A stretch of DNA of 64,000 nt from contig CAWGZV010000003.1 in NCBI GenBank assembly GCA_963827155.1, forward strand, positions 660,984 to 724,983, in the 5' to 3' direction. A program made the translations under genes and the position numbers. Below the pieces are notes generated by a model that did not search any database, was not told where the DNA came from, and worked only from the letters and a program-made list of their open reading frames with translations. Below, piece after piece: positions 37,867-47,369 of the stretch. The first letter of the stretch is position 1; the number at the start of each line of letters is the position of its first letter. The DNA is from an uncultured Chloroflexia bacterium. Its GTDB lineage: Bacteria; Chloroflexota; Anaerolineae; Anaerolineales; UBA4823.

Positions 37867-40443
37867 TTATTGAGGAGGACAACTTCTCCGGTCGAATGAA
37901 AAAATGTCGATCTGATCCTGATGGTAAATAAGATTATATTGCGGGCGACCGATCATTTCGTCGGCAGTGAAGAGCGGCTCAAAGCCGAATCCAACCGCTC
38001 CTCCTCTTTGCCCGATATAAACATGTGTAATACCTTCCTTACAAAGGCTCTTGATAACCTCCGGCGAGGACATTGGCTGCTCAGTGAGTAATCTTACTAA
38101 TTCTATAAACCGCTCGGACAAATCTGGGGGTTCGGGAACTTCTTTTCCGAGCGCGTATTGGGGCGGCATGGTGTTCTGCCGCTTTCCCAACAGCGGGATC
38201 CACCAGCCTGCATCCGATCCAACCGCAGTTGTTCCGTCGTAAATCAGCGAACCCTCAACAAGAAATTTCGATTCTGGGGAGGTGTTGTTTTGAATCCAAT
38301 CCATCACCCGCAGGTCCGCGCGGGTAACTAGACTGTAGACCTGCGGATTGGCGATCAGATACACTCGGTTCCAACCATAGAATGCTAGAAGGATCAGACA
38401 ACCGAAAAGGGTGATCAAACCGAACCGAGTGCTCTGAAGCAGCTTCAATTCCGAGATTTCTCCAATCAACCAGCTAACCAAGAGAGAGACTGGAATATAG
38501 AGCCAAATCAAGATGGCAAACATTTCCAGCATATTTGCACCAGGTAGTCTGTAGATACTTCCGGCATAAAAAGCTAAGATCAAGACCACCCAAACACCAT
38601 ATACGATTACGTCCCATCTTCTTCGGATAAAAGCCAGAATAAATGCCAGGCACGCCGCCGCACTAAGACCTGGAGGAAGATAATCATTCAAACCGCGCCA
38701 TTTTTCAAAACCAATAAGTATTGATGGGAGTTCTTTTGCTACTCTTATGCCACCGACCAAGGTCTGGCTTAAGCTGCTGCTTTTGACATGAAATATCCAC
38801 GGAGCGAGAAATATCAGTGTGCTTATGCCAATCAAAACCAAAGAAGCGAAAAGCTGCGACCAGTTTATTCGCCGCCTCTCTTCTTTAACAATTACGGCTA
38901 TCAAGAGCAATCCAGTCAGGAAAGTGATCCAATAAAAAGGCATCCGGTAGTAGGTTAAACTCATCCCGGCTAAAACTAGACCCAAAAACATACCTGGAAT
39001 CCAAAACACACTCAATTTGGATTTCTTCGCAACGGGTGAAGGATTTTCTTCATCGCTGGATGAATTTTCTAACCGACCAGGTCGATACCAATCTCCATTT
39101 CTTTTTTCCAGAAAATCCAGGGTCAACCAGATCGCAACTGGCAGAATTGCTTGACCAGACAATTGGGCAAAACGTCCCCAATTAACGAAAAAAGCAGGTG
39201 TGTATGAAATTAATCCTGCTGCAATAACCACTCCGCTCGCAGCCCAATAATTTCCTTTGCTGACCCTGAAAGCCAACGGCAGCAGGCAGAACACGGCAAG
39301 TGCATTGACGAGTTGAGCGAAAATTAATACAGCACTGTGTGAAGGAAGACCTGAAATCCAGGCAAACAGGGCAGCCTGAAGCGGGAAACCGAAATGGACC
39401 GTCAGACTGCTGTAAGGCGCATAAGGCGCCCAGCTCGTGAAGAGCCCTCCATTATCCTGGATCAACTGGCTGATTATTGTGTGTTGGACCGAGTCTCCCC
39501 ACATGGGGACGTCAATGGTACGGATTGCCCAAAGCCGGCTTGTAATGGTTAGCAAGACCGTGATTCCAAGCAGAAAAGCACCCCAGGGGAAATCAGATCG
39601 CAGCCTGGTATTCTCAAATCGGGTGGTCAAGGTTTTCCGGTAGTTGAATAATTGTCTTAGAAAACCCCTTCCTCGCCAAATAAAATATAATCCGGCTAAT
39701 AATCCGGGCAATAATGCCAGAAATGCGCCTGGCTGATAGCCGATAAGATCTGTTAGCTCTAGCACCACCGGATACAAGGCAAGCCCCGTTCCTAGGCTCA
39801 CCCCAAACCGTTCAATCCAATTCCGATCATCAAACCCAGGCCACAGTGCGCTCAGCAGAGCCCATCCGGGCAGCAGGAAAAGAAAGATTATTAGTACTGA
39901 CCACCATACCCAACCAACGAACTCCTTTCCCAGCCCCAACAGTAGAAGAGGGGTTGAATAAACCAGGCCAAATTGGATCTGGGTGTCTGTTGGCTGCCCT
40001 TCTTTGTAAAGGGCTCCGTCAAGATAGGATTCAGCCCCTGCTGCTCCAAGAAGGTAATCTCCTTTAGATTCTGACTCAAGCCAGAAAAAATAATCTTGCC
40101 GAGTTGAATTGAAGATTTGGGAGAACGAGAATTTTTGCTCCTTTGGTGAGCTGGACTTTTCAGGCACGACCAGCGAGGTTCGCAGGTCGCTCTCGTCCAA
40201 AGTGTTTTGGCTGAGATGAAGTACAACAGCCTGGGGATCCTTGATTTTAGGCCGGATTCGAACGAAAATCCCCTCTAACCCATCGTAATCCGCGGTAAAG
40301 GTCTGACCTATGGAATTTTCAGATTGCAGGGTGATCGTTCGATCGGCTGAAGACTGTTCGAATTTACTCGTGGATGCTGTACAGCTTGCCAGGCTTAGTA
40401 TGATGAGGACAACAGCCCAATAAAGAGGACGCTTTTCCAACAT
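37867..40443 (-). CDS. 858-aa polytopic GT-C-like membrane glycosyltransferase with N-terminal extracytoplasmic domain
   Basis: It has a lipoprotein-like N-terminus (LIILSLASCTAS), a ~150-aa soluble domain, more than 12 TM segments and a ~170-aa C-terminal soluble domain. A TAATG overlap translationally couples it to the GtrB-like GT2. The function is inferred from architecture and context only. Confidence 0.5.
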   Translation of the reverse strand: MLEKRPLYWAVVLIILSLASCTASTSKFEQSSADRTITLQSENSIGQTFTADYDGLEGIFVRIRPKIKDPQAVVLHLSQNTLDESDLRTSLVVPEKSSSPKEQKFSFSQIFNSTRQDYFFWLESESKGDYLLGAAGAESYLDGALYKEGQPTDTQIQFGLVYSTPLLLLGLGKEFVGWVWWSVLIIFLFLLPGWALLSALWPGFDDRNWIERFGVSLGTGLALYPVVLELTDLIGYQPGAFLALLPGLLAGLYFIWRGRGFLRQLFNYRKTLTTRFENTRLRSDFPWGAFLLGITVLLTITSRLWAIRTIDVPMWGDSVQHTIISQLIQDNGGLFTSWAPYAPYSSLTVHFGFPLQAALFAWISGLPSHSAVLIFAQLVNALAVFCLLPLAFRVSKGNYWAASGVVIAAGLISYTPAFFVNWGRFAQLSGQAILPVAIWLTLDFLEKRNGDWYRPGRLENSSSDEENPSPVAKKSKLSVFWIPGMFLGLVLAGMSLTYYRMPFYWITFLTGLLLIAVIVKEERRRINWSQLFASLVLIGISTLIFLAPWIFHVKSSSLSQTLVGGIRVAKELPSILIGFEKWRGLNDYLPPGLSAAACLAFILAFIRRRWDVIVYGVWVVLILAFYAGSIYRLPGANMLEMFAILIWLYIPVSLLVSWLIGEISELKLLQSTRFGLITLFGCLILLAFYGWNRVYLIANPQVYSLVTRADLRVMDWIQNNTSPESKFLVEGSLIYDGTTAVGSDAGWWIPLLGKRQNTMPPQYALGKEVPEPPDLSERFIELVRLLTEQPMSSPEVIKSLCKEGITHVYIGQRGGAVGFGFEPLFTADEMIGRPQYNLIYHQDQIDIFSFDRRSCPPQ

Positions 40444-41420
40444 TACTCCCGTTCAGCAGGAGATGTTGGGGGAGGGACAGTCTGGCTTGTTTCGATTTTC
40501 CTAATTCGGTAAAGGGTCTCTTCCAGGATGATGCGGTTAAAACCAACCAAATCTGCTAGTAATCCGATTAGCAGAGTTTGAAAACCGACAATGAATAAAA
40601 CCGCGGCAAGGATCACGGATTGGATATGCCCTTGCCCTTGCCCTATCGAAACAAAATAAATATATCGAAATGCCAGGATAAGTCCTCCAAGGATCATCAA
40701 CGAAGCGAGAATGCTGAAAATGCGCAGCGGTCGATACATTGCATATGAGCGCACGATCGTAGAACCTGAATAGGCAAGATAATGGGGAATGCTCCGGATC
40801 AGCCGAGAAGGACGGGTTTGGGGATTTGTGCGAACTGGAACGTAATGAACTGCCATACGCCGGTTTCCAGCCTGGATCAAAGTTTCCAATGTATAAGAAT
40901 ACTCGCTCAAAACAAGCGTATGCAAGGCTGCTTCACGGCTTAAAGCCCGGAAACCACTGGTAGCATCTGGAGTGTGGAGCCCTGAAGCACGCGCCACAAC
41001 CCAGCTTCCCACCCTCTGTAAGAACCGTTTACTAACCGAAAAACTTTCCAGATTCGCGACTCCACGATCCCCAACAACGATATCCGCTTTACCTGCGAGG
41101 ATCGGATCGATCAGGTTTTGGATATCCTCTGCGTTGTATTGATTATCGGCATCGGTGTTGACTATCAGGTCTGCCCCCAGGCGGATGCAAGCGTCTAGTC
41201 CATTCGTAAAGCTGGCAGCCAGGCCTTGATGCGGATTCAAACGGAGGACGTGCTGAGCGCCGTGTTCTTTTGCGATCCTTGCGGTTTGATCACTGCTGCC
41301 GTCATCAATTACCAAAACCTCTATCTGATCAACCCCGGCGAGCTGGCGCGGCAATTCCTGAAGTGTGACTGGGAGCGTCTCTGCTTCGTTAAACGACGGT
41401 ATCTGGATGAACAGCTTCAC
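40443..41420 (-). CDS. GT2 polyprenyl-phosphate sugar synthase (GtrB/DPM1-like) with two C-terminal TM helices
   Basis: It shows IQIPSFNEAETL, VLVIDDGSSDQT and TDADNQY, then C-terminal hydrophobic helices (FSILASLMILGGLILAF; ILAAVLFIVGFQTLLIGLLADLV). Confidence 0.85.
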   Translation of the reverse strand: MKLFIQIPSFNEAETLPVTLQELPRQLAGVDQIEVLVIDDGSSDQTARIAKEHGAQHVLRLNPHQGLAASFTNGLDACIRLGADLIVNTDADNQYNAEDIQNLIDPILAGKADIVVGDRGVANLESFSVSKRFLQRVGSWVVARASGLHTPDATSGFRALSREAALHTLVLSEYSYTLETLIQAGNRRMAVHYVPVRTNPQTRPSRLIRSIPHYLAYSGSTIVRSYAMYRPLRIFSILASLMILGGLILAFRYIYFVSIGQGQGHIQSVILAAVLFIVGFQTLLIGLLADLVGFNRIILEETLYRIRKIETSQTVPPPTSPAERE

Positions 41421-41431
41421 TCGAGCTTATC

Positions 41432-44400
41432 TCATTGGGAACGGATGATTAAGGGCAAGTATAACATCGGCTGACCGAGATTCCACGCGCCAGTTCCAAC
41501 CCAGTTGCCAGCCCAATCAAATACAACAGCATAAACAGCTGCCCCTTCCCGACTTGAGATAACCCGAGTATCAAAGAGATAATTCCAACCGTCTGATTCT
41601 TCCCAGTCCTCGCCTGCATAATTCCAGCCAGAGCTCAGCCAGTCGCCAGAATGCCAGTAGAACCGCACCAGGCTGATGCCGCTCTGAGTATCGCGCCCGG
41701 CGACGTTCAGCATGACCTGCCCATTCGGCAGTACCTTCCCATCTTGTGGAGTGATAAAGCTGGCATCTGGGTCCTGATTATCAATAAAGAGTGAAATGGC
41801 ATAGCGTGCATTCTCGCTGCCGGCATTCGGGTGGTCCCAGGCTTGCACTTTGATGTAATAGGTTCCACTGCGGGCAAGGTGGTAGCTGATATAAGAATCG
41901 GTCCTCTCATATTGGACGATATCATCATTTATTGCCAGTGGCGAGCTCGCATCGCTGTCAAACAGCGAAATCAATGTATCTAACGGCGATCCAAGAGATT
42001 GCGCCTTGATCCTGATCCCAACCTGGTCTCCGCTGGCGCCATTGAACTGATAATAATCGACATCGCCACCCGGACAAATTGCACTATCAACGGTCTGCCC
42101 ATTTTGGATAAGCGTAGATTCGGCTGGGCTGTTGTCTGCATCCTGACAGGAGGGAGGTGGATCGGTGGAAATACTAAAATCGTCTACTGCCCATCCTTCG
42201 AATTGATTGAGCTGGGAGTCGAGTGTTGAAAAGTAGAACCGTATGCGAATTTGCTGACCAGAGTATGCTGCGAGCGAGATAACACGGCTTTGCAGCCAAT
42301 ATCCGGTCGGGTCTTCTGAGAGCTGATCTACATTCTGATATGCTCCTCCGTTTACTGAGATCTGCATCCAGCGCTGATCCCAGTGCAATTGTTGGCTCTC
42401 TGTCTCAACCCGGTAAAAGTAGCGTAGAAAATACAGACCCGTTTGCGGGATTGCGATTACTGGGGAGGTTAAGTATCCCTGGTTGGGCTTATTGTTATCG
42501 TAGCCATTTAATGATCCAACATCGTATTTCCAGCCGAAACTGCCATTTTCTGTATGGTTGGCAGTCTCTGATAAGGTCCAATTCACGCCGGTCCAAAGAT
42601 CCGAGGGAGAATCCATCGCATCAATATAAGGCACTGAGACTTCTTGTGGTGTCGATGTGACGTTGGCCGCTGGCGGACTGACTTTAAATGTCCTGATTGT
42701 ACTCCAGGCGCTTTCACCATTTGGATTTTTTGCCTTTACTTTCCAGGTATAACTGCCTGGCGAAAGCGAGTTGAGATGGTAATACGAGCGTGAATCCCAG
42801 GGCGAAAGCAAAATTTGGGTAGATCCATTAGAAAGCTGGAGCTGATATTCGATTGCTCCACTCTTATTTTCCCAGCTCAGGCTTAGTGAGGAGTTCTGAA
42901 TTAAAAAGCATCTCATTCTCAGGCCAGACCAACATCGGAGCAGTTGGCAGCGCGCTCCGAGCTTGCACGATGATTGATGAAACCGTGTCTGTGCCAATTT
43001 TATTGTCCATTAAGCTGCTGTCTGCAACGAGGAAGGTTTCCGCTCGACCCAACAAATTGGGATTAGAAAATAAGGTCGCCTGGACATTCGGACCGACCAT
43101 AATGGAGGCAGCGTTATCTTCCCCCAACTCCCCAAGCTGTGTTGCGGTTGTATAGCTTCCCGCGGTGAGCAGAACACATTTTCCTTGATAATCGACCCCT
43201 GCGAACAATGCCACCTGATTGATTGCTGGTAGACAGGCTGAGGGTGGAGGAATGCATTCGTAATTCTTTGTGAAGTGAACCAACCCAGGCAAACTACTGG
43301 CTTGGTTCTGCGCTTTGTCTCGAATTACTAGGGCAAGGCTCACTGGTCCGTCGGGTACTTTTTCAGCACACATATCCCAGTTATGGCTGAAGTTCTCACT
43401 CGAAAACGGTGAACCAATCAGGTGCCATTCATCATCATAGTAAGCGGTAAATTGAACGCTTGCGATTCCACTGTTCTCGTCCTTTGCCCATCCCTGCAGC
43501 GGAAATACCTGTGTGGTAATTAATGCGCCTTGCGGGGGACTGTTTATTCCTCCTGTCGGGGCGATAAAGTCTGGGCTCATGAAATTCTTGGATACATAGC
43601 TGGTCTGGGTCGTGTCGCACACATCGGAAGATTTGCAGTAAGGTTTATCCGATGTGATCCTCGGTCTTCCACCGTTGATTGAAACGTCATCGAAGGTAAT
43701 GTCAATCGATGTCCCCCAATATGAAGCGGCATAGGTGTGCACCATAAAATGGAGATGGTTGCCCGAGCTGACCCCTGTATCATCAGCGATTCCGATCATC
43801 TGCCCTGATCTCACAGGAGCGCCAACGACCCTCAGGGCAGGGGGAATGCTATCCTTAGCCAAATGAAGGTATAACTGATAGGTTGTCGGATTAGTGGATG
43901 TATCTTCCAGTACAAGATAATTGGAATTGGATTCATCCCCATTGGGATGTGACCAGATCGCGCGTTTGACGATCCCTCCCCGAGCGGCATGGACATTAAA
44001 CATCCCGCTTGGGTAGCCCGGTTTGGCAAAATCGAACGCGAAGTGCGCGCTGCCGCTTGCTGTATAGCGGTCATGTCCGACACTTTGGGTCAGCACCATG
44101 GTGTCTCCTCCAGGCCACGGGAGTTTATAGCCGTGAATTGGCGCGGTAATAGATGACACCCGATATTCGGTTACTTGCCCCCATGCCGCCTTTTCTTCAG
44201 CCGAAATCAGGTCTTCCGGGACCTGTTGGACCACAAGCGCCCACATTGGGTTCGATGGGAGAAAAGCCTTCCAGCCATCTTCGGTTTTTCGCACCAATGC
44301 CAAACCCGGTTCGATTGGGACCACTTGCCCGTTCTCAGGGTCGAGCGGAATGAGCCAGGCAGTTGCCCATTCGCCGTCCTGAGAAATTTCTATCTGGTCG

Positions 44401-44630
44401 ATCTGGGTATCGTACAGCAGCATGGCAAGCGCCTGCGGTTGTTCGGCTGCGAGCTCATTTTCGATTGCGGTTTCAATCTCTTCGATGTCGGGATTGAGGA
44501 AACTGAATGGTGTTGGAAGCGGAGAGGCGGAAGTTGCAAGTCCAAAGACGCCTAAGAGCGAAACTACCAATATCCCCACAATCAAGATGACGAACCATCG
44601 AATGGAATGACCGGAAAAGAATCTCCTCAT
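41432..44630 (-). CDS. ~1066-aa membrane-anchored M23 (LytM-type) metallopeptidase with FN3-, MAM/jelly-roll-like and PPC domains (one frameshift at 42903-42907)
   Basis: It has an N-terminal TM segment and M23 motifs HFAFDFA and SSGNHLHFMVH. Downstream come SLSLSWENKSGAIEYQLQL (FN3-like), EGWAVDDFSIS (MAM-like) and DVDYYQFNG...YYIKVQAW (PPC). Track ORFs 42864-44630 and 41432-42997 join when one T of a T5 run is removed. Confidence 0.75.
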
Positions 44631-44823
44631 GCCGGCTGCTCCTGCGGATCATTTTGCCAATAAGATGAAGATATTGAAGTCATACAATCGTCGAATTTAT
44701 GGATTACAAGAATAATCATCTGGATTACGCAATTGCGCCTAACAAATGTGATTGTCTTGTTCAAGACAACCGCTTTCAAGCCTAGAGGATGATATCTTCC
44801 TCAAGATTGATATAATCTCTTCC

Positions 44824-45572
44824 ATGGCACGCCAGCCAGGGCTGTTTGGAAAATGGAGTTTAATCTCACGCTGTTTTCTTCTTGCATTAGTTTCTTCAAT
44901 TGCCTTTGCTTCTCCAGAAACATGCATGAAACATGCCACGGATAAAAGCGTGATTTCAAATCAGAATTCCATCAGGTTTGAAACGCAAGTATTTTTATTA
45001 TTCGGTCTCTCTGCAACAAATTACACCAACTCATTCGCCTACCCCCACCATTACCTCCAGCGGTACAATCACCGCTACAATAACCCCCTCAATCAGTCCG
45101 ACCGGTACTATCACTCCTCCGACCGGAACGCCAACTCCCACCACCTCTGTTACCCCTTCAACCGCGACAGCTTCTCCAACAGCCACAAGTCAAGCAACTC
45201 CATCATTGACTGCAACTTTGGGGCCTAGCTTGCCATTTCCGCCGCCACCTCCAGCTTTGCCTACCTTTAACAATTTCACCGACTGCGTCAAACCCTGCAC
45301 CATTAACCCCCACGCCCGAAGGCACTTCTATCGAGGGCACATCCACTACTACCCTGATCCCATATCCGACAGTTTCCCTTAATATTCCCACTTTTTCTTT
45401 GACGCCAGAGCTTAATCGTCTGGAACAACCTTCAGAATCCCAAGAATTGTCTAAGCGCGGTTCAAATCTATTGAGCATCTTAGGACAATTCTGGCCGCTC
45501 CTATTGATTGCCGCCCTTTGGATTGTATTACTGGTCTGGTTGGTGTCGGTGCTGATGATTACACGGAGGTGA
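44824..45572 (+). pseudogene. signal-peptide / Pro-Thr-rich / C-terminal-TM anchored protein (at least two frameshifts)
   Basis: The ATG at 44824 gives MARQPGLFGKWSLISRCFLLALVSSIAFA. The sequence then reads TPTHSPTPTITSSGTITATITPSISPTGTITPPTGTPTPTT. The last frame ends FWPLLLIAALWIVLLVWLVSVLMITRR* at 45572. It spans three reading frames. Confidence 0.45.
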
Positions 45573-47369
45573 TCATTTCATCATCTCTGGTAGGAAATTC
45601 AAGTACTGGCGTGGATTGAAGAAAATGGCGCTAATAGGTCCCCATTGTGCATTTGAATTTGTTCCTCGCACAAATATGGTATGGAGTCCATCATTTAGAT
45701 CCTCTCGAGGGATCAATCCATGAACCCATTCGGCCAATTCGTCGAAACTCCCATCCACGGCTGTAAGCGGATATGTGATTGGCAAAGAGCTTGTGATCCA
45801 AAATGGGCGATCGATTGAAAATTCAGCGCCTGAAATTACCAACGATGACAATATTGTAGATGCCGCCTTACTTTGAAGAGCTATTCGGTCAGCATCGACC
45901 CGCGCCGTGATCTCAAGCGGAGCATCTGGGAGATAAGAAGCCGGTTGAAGACTGGCTTCAATGACGTCCGGACCCATCGGCAGCAGATACGGGAATTTGG
46001 CTACCTTAGCTGCGTATACGAGCGAAGCGATATTATCGGAGAAAATTGTCTGCTCGAATACCTGGCAGCTCTCAAAAAACTGTGTACCCAGTTCGAACGT
46101 AAAAGAAGGCACCCCGAGATCTCCATAAGTAAAATCATCGGTACTGCCGTCAGTAGGGTACAGATTATAAGATTGAATAGGCGTGTAGTGATTATAAAAG
46201 GCGAGTTTTTGCCCTAGCAGATTTAACGCAGCGCCGTTTGGAGAGGGTGAGGGTGTAAATCCCCAAGGCCAAAGCACTAGTTTCCCATAACTGTGCAAAT
46301 CTATAAAAATCCCGCTTGTTTCATCCGGAGCTGGGTCGTTTAAACTTTCGCCGCGTCGATCGACAAATGCTTCGCGTAAATAATTCTGGACCGCGTCTGT
46401 CTCAGGTTCGGATGCCGCCAATTCCCCTCTGAAGACATCATCGCATTCGAAAGGACTGGAGCCTCCACAGCAGCCCCATTGGAATTCGAAATTCCGGTTG
46501 AGATCAGCGCCTTGGTGATATGGGTCGTATTCACAATAAACCTGATTGGTGTTTTTCCTCCACAACCCATAATTCGATGAAACACCTGATTCGGCTAGTT
46601 TTCGCCCATCCGGATTCGCCTGCAGAAGGAGGTGAATTTCTTGATAATCTAAGATCCAGGTGATATCCGGATCGATTCCATAGCCTGCTAATATATGCTC
46701 GGCAAAGCGCAGCGCAAGCTCGGCTGGAGAATATTCGCGGGCATGGATCGATGCCATCAGAAAAAGGATAGGTTTCTCTTCGGTTCTTAATTTGTTCGTC
46801 AGGCGCAGAATTTCTAGATCCTCTCCACCGACTGAAGCCGTTTTCTCCCAGGTGTCGCCAATATCGATCCGATCCACAAGAAAAGGATACTCAGCAGCCA
46901 ATGCCTTGGCAGTTTGATAAGTTTCGGCGAGCGTCCGGTAGCATGGAAAACCTGGAATACCGCTGATTTGACCTGGAAGAGGGGTATGAGGTCGATTAAA
47001 CGCGAGTGTTTGCTCCTCATCGATCACAATTTCATTGCTTGATTTGAGCAGCTTTTCATACTGTTTTGGATCAACCCCAACGACCAGGTAGTTTTCCTCA
47101 GGATGCACTTCCCAGGGTTCGATCCATGAGGCAATTTCCTGTAGAGCTATTGGATCGTAATAATTAACTCTCACTACAAGGATTTTGGATTGCTGCTCAT
47201 CACGAGGTGTAGCGATTTGATTTTCAGAAATCGATAGAGCCTTCAATGAATATGCTGCCGAAGTCTGTTCGGTTGATAGTTGCCAAAGTGCATTACCGCT
47301 TGGTCTGGAATTATCGAGGTTAAGCAGGATGACAAGGACAGTTAAAATTAAATAGGCAGCTTGCTTCAC
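45573..47369 (-). CDS. M14-family zinc carboxypeptidase (secreted)
   Basis: It has a signal-like N-terminus, the zinc motif SIHAREYSPAE, plus ADLNRNF and DLHSYGKLVLWPWG. Confidence 0.85.
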   Translation of the reverse strand: MKQAAYLILTVLVILLNLDNSRPSGNALWQLSTEQTSAAYSLKALSISENQIATPRDEQQSKILVVRVNYYDPIALQEIASWIEPWEVHPEENYLVVGVDPKQYEKLLKSSNEIVIDEEQTLAFNRPHTPLPGQISGIPGFPCYRTLAETYQTAKALAAEYPFLVDRIDIGDTWEKTASVGGEDLEILRLTNKLRTEEKPILFLMASIHAREYSPAELALRFAEHILAGYGIDPDITWILDYQEIHLLLQANPDGRKLAESGVSSNYGLWRKNTNQVYCEYDPYHQGADLNRNFEFQWGCCGGSSPFECDDVFRGELAASEPETDAVQNYLREAFVDRRGESLNDPAPDETSGIFIDLHSYGKLVLWPWGFTPSPSPNGAALNLLGQKLAFYNHYTPIQSYNLYPTDGSTDDFTYGDLGVPSFTFELGTQFFESCQVFEQTIFSDNIASLVYAAKVAKFPYLLPMGPDVIEASLQPASYLPDAPLEITARVDADRIALQSKAASTILSSLVISGAEFSIDRPFWITSSLPITYPLTAVDGSFDELAEWVHGLIPREDLNDGLHTIFVRGTNSNAQWGPISAIFFNPRQYLNFLPEMMK

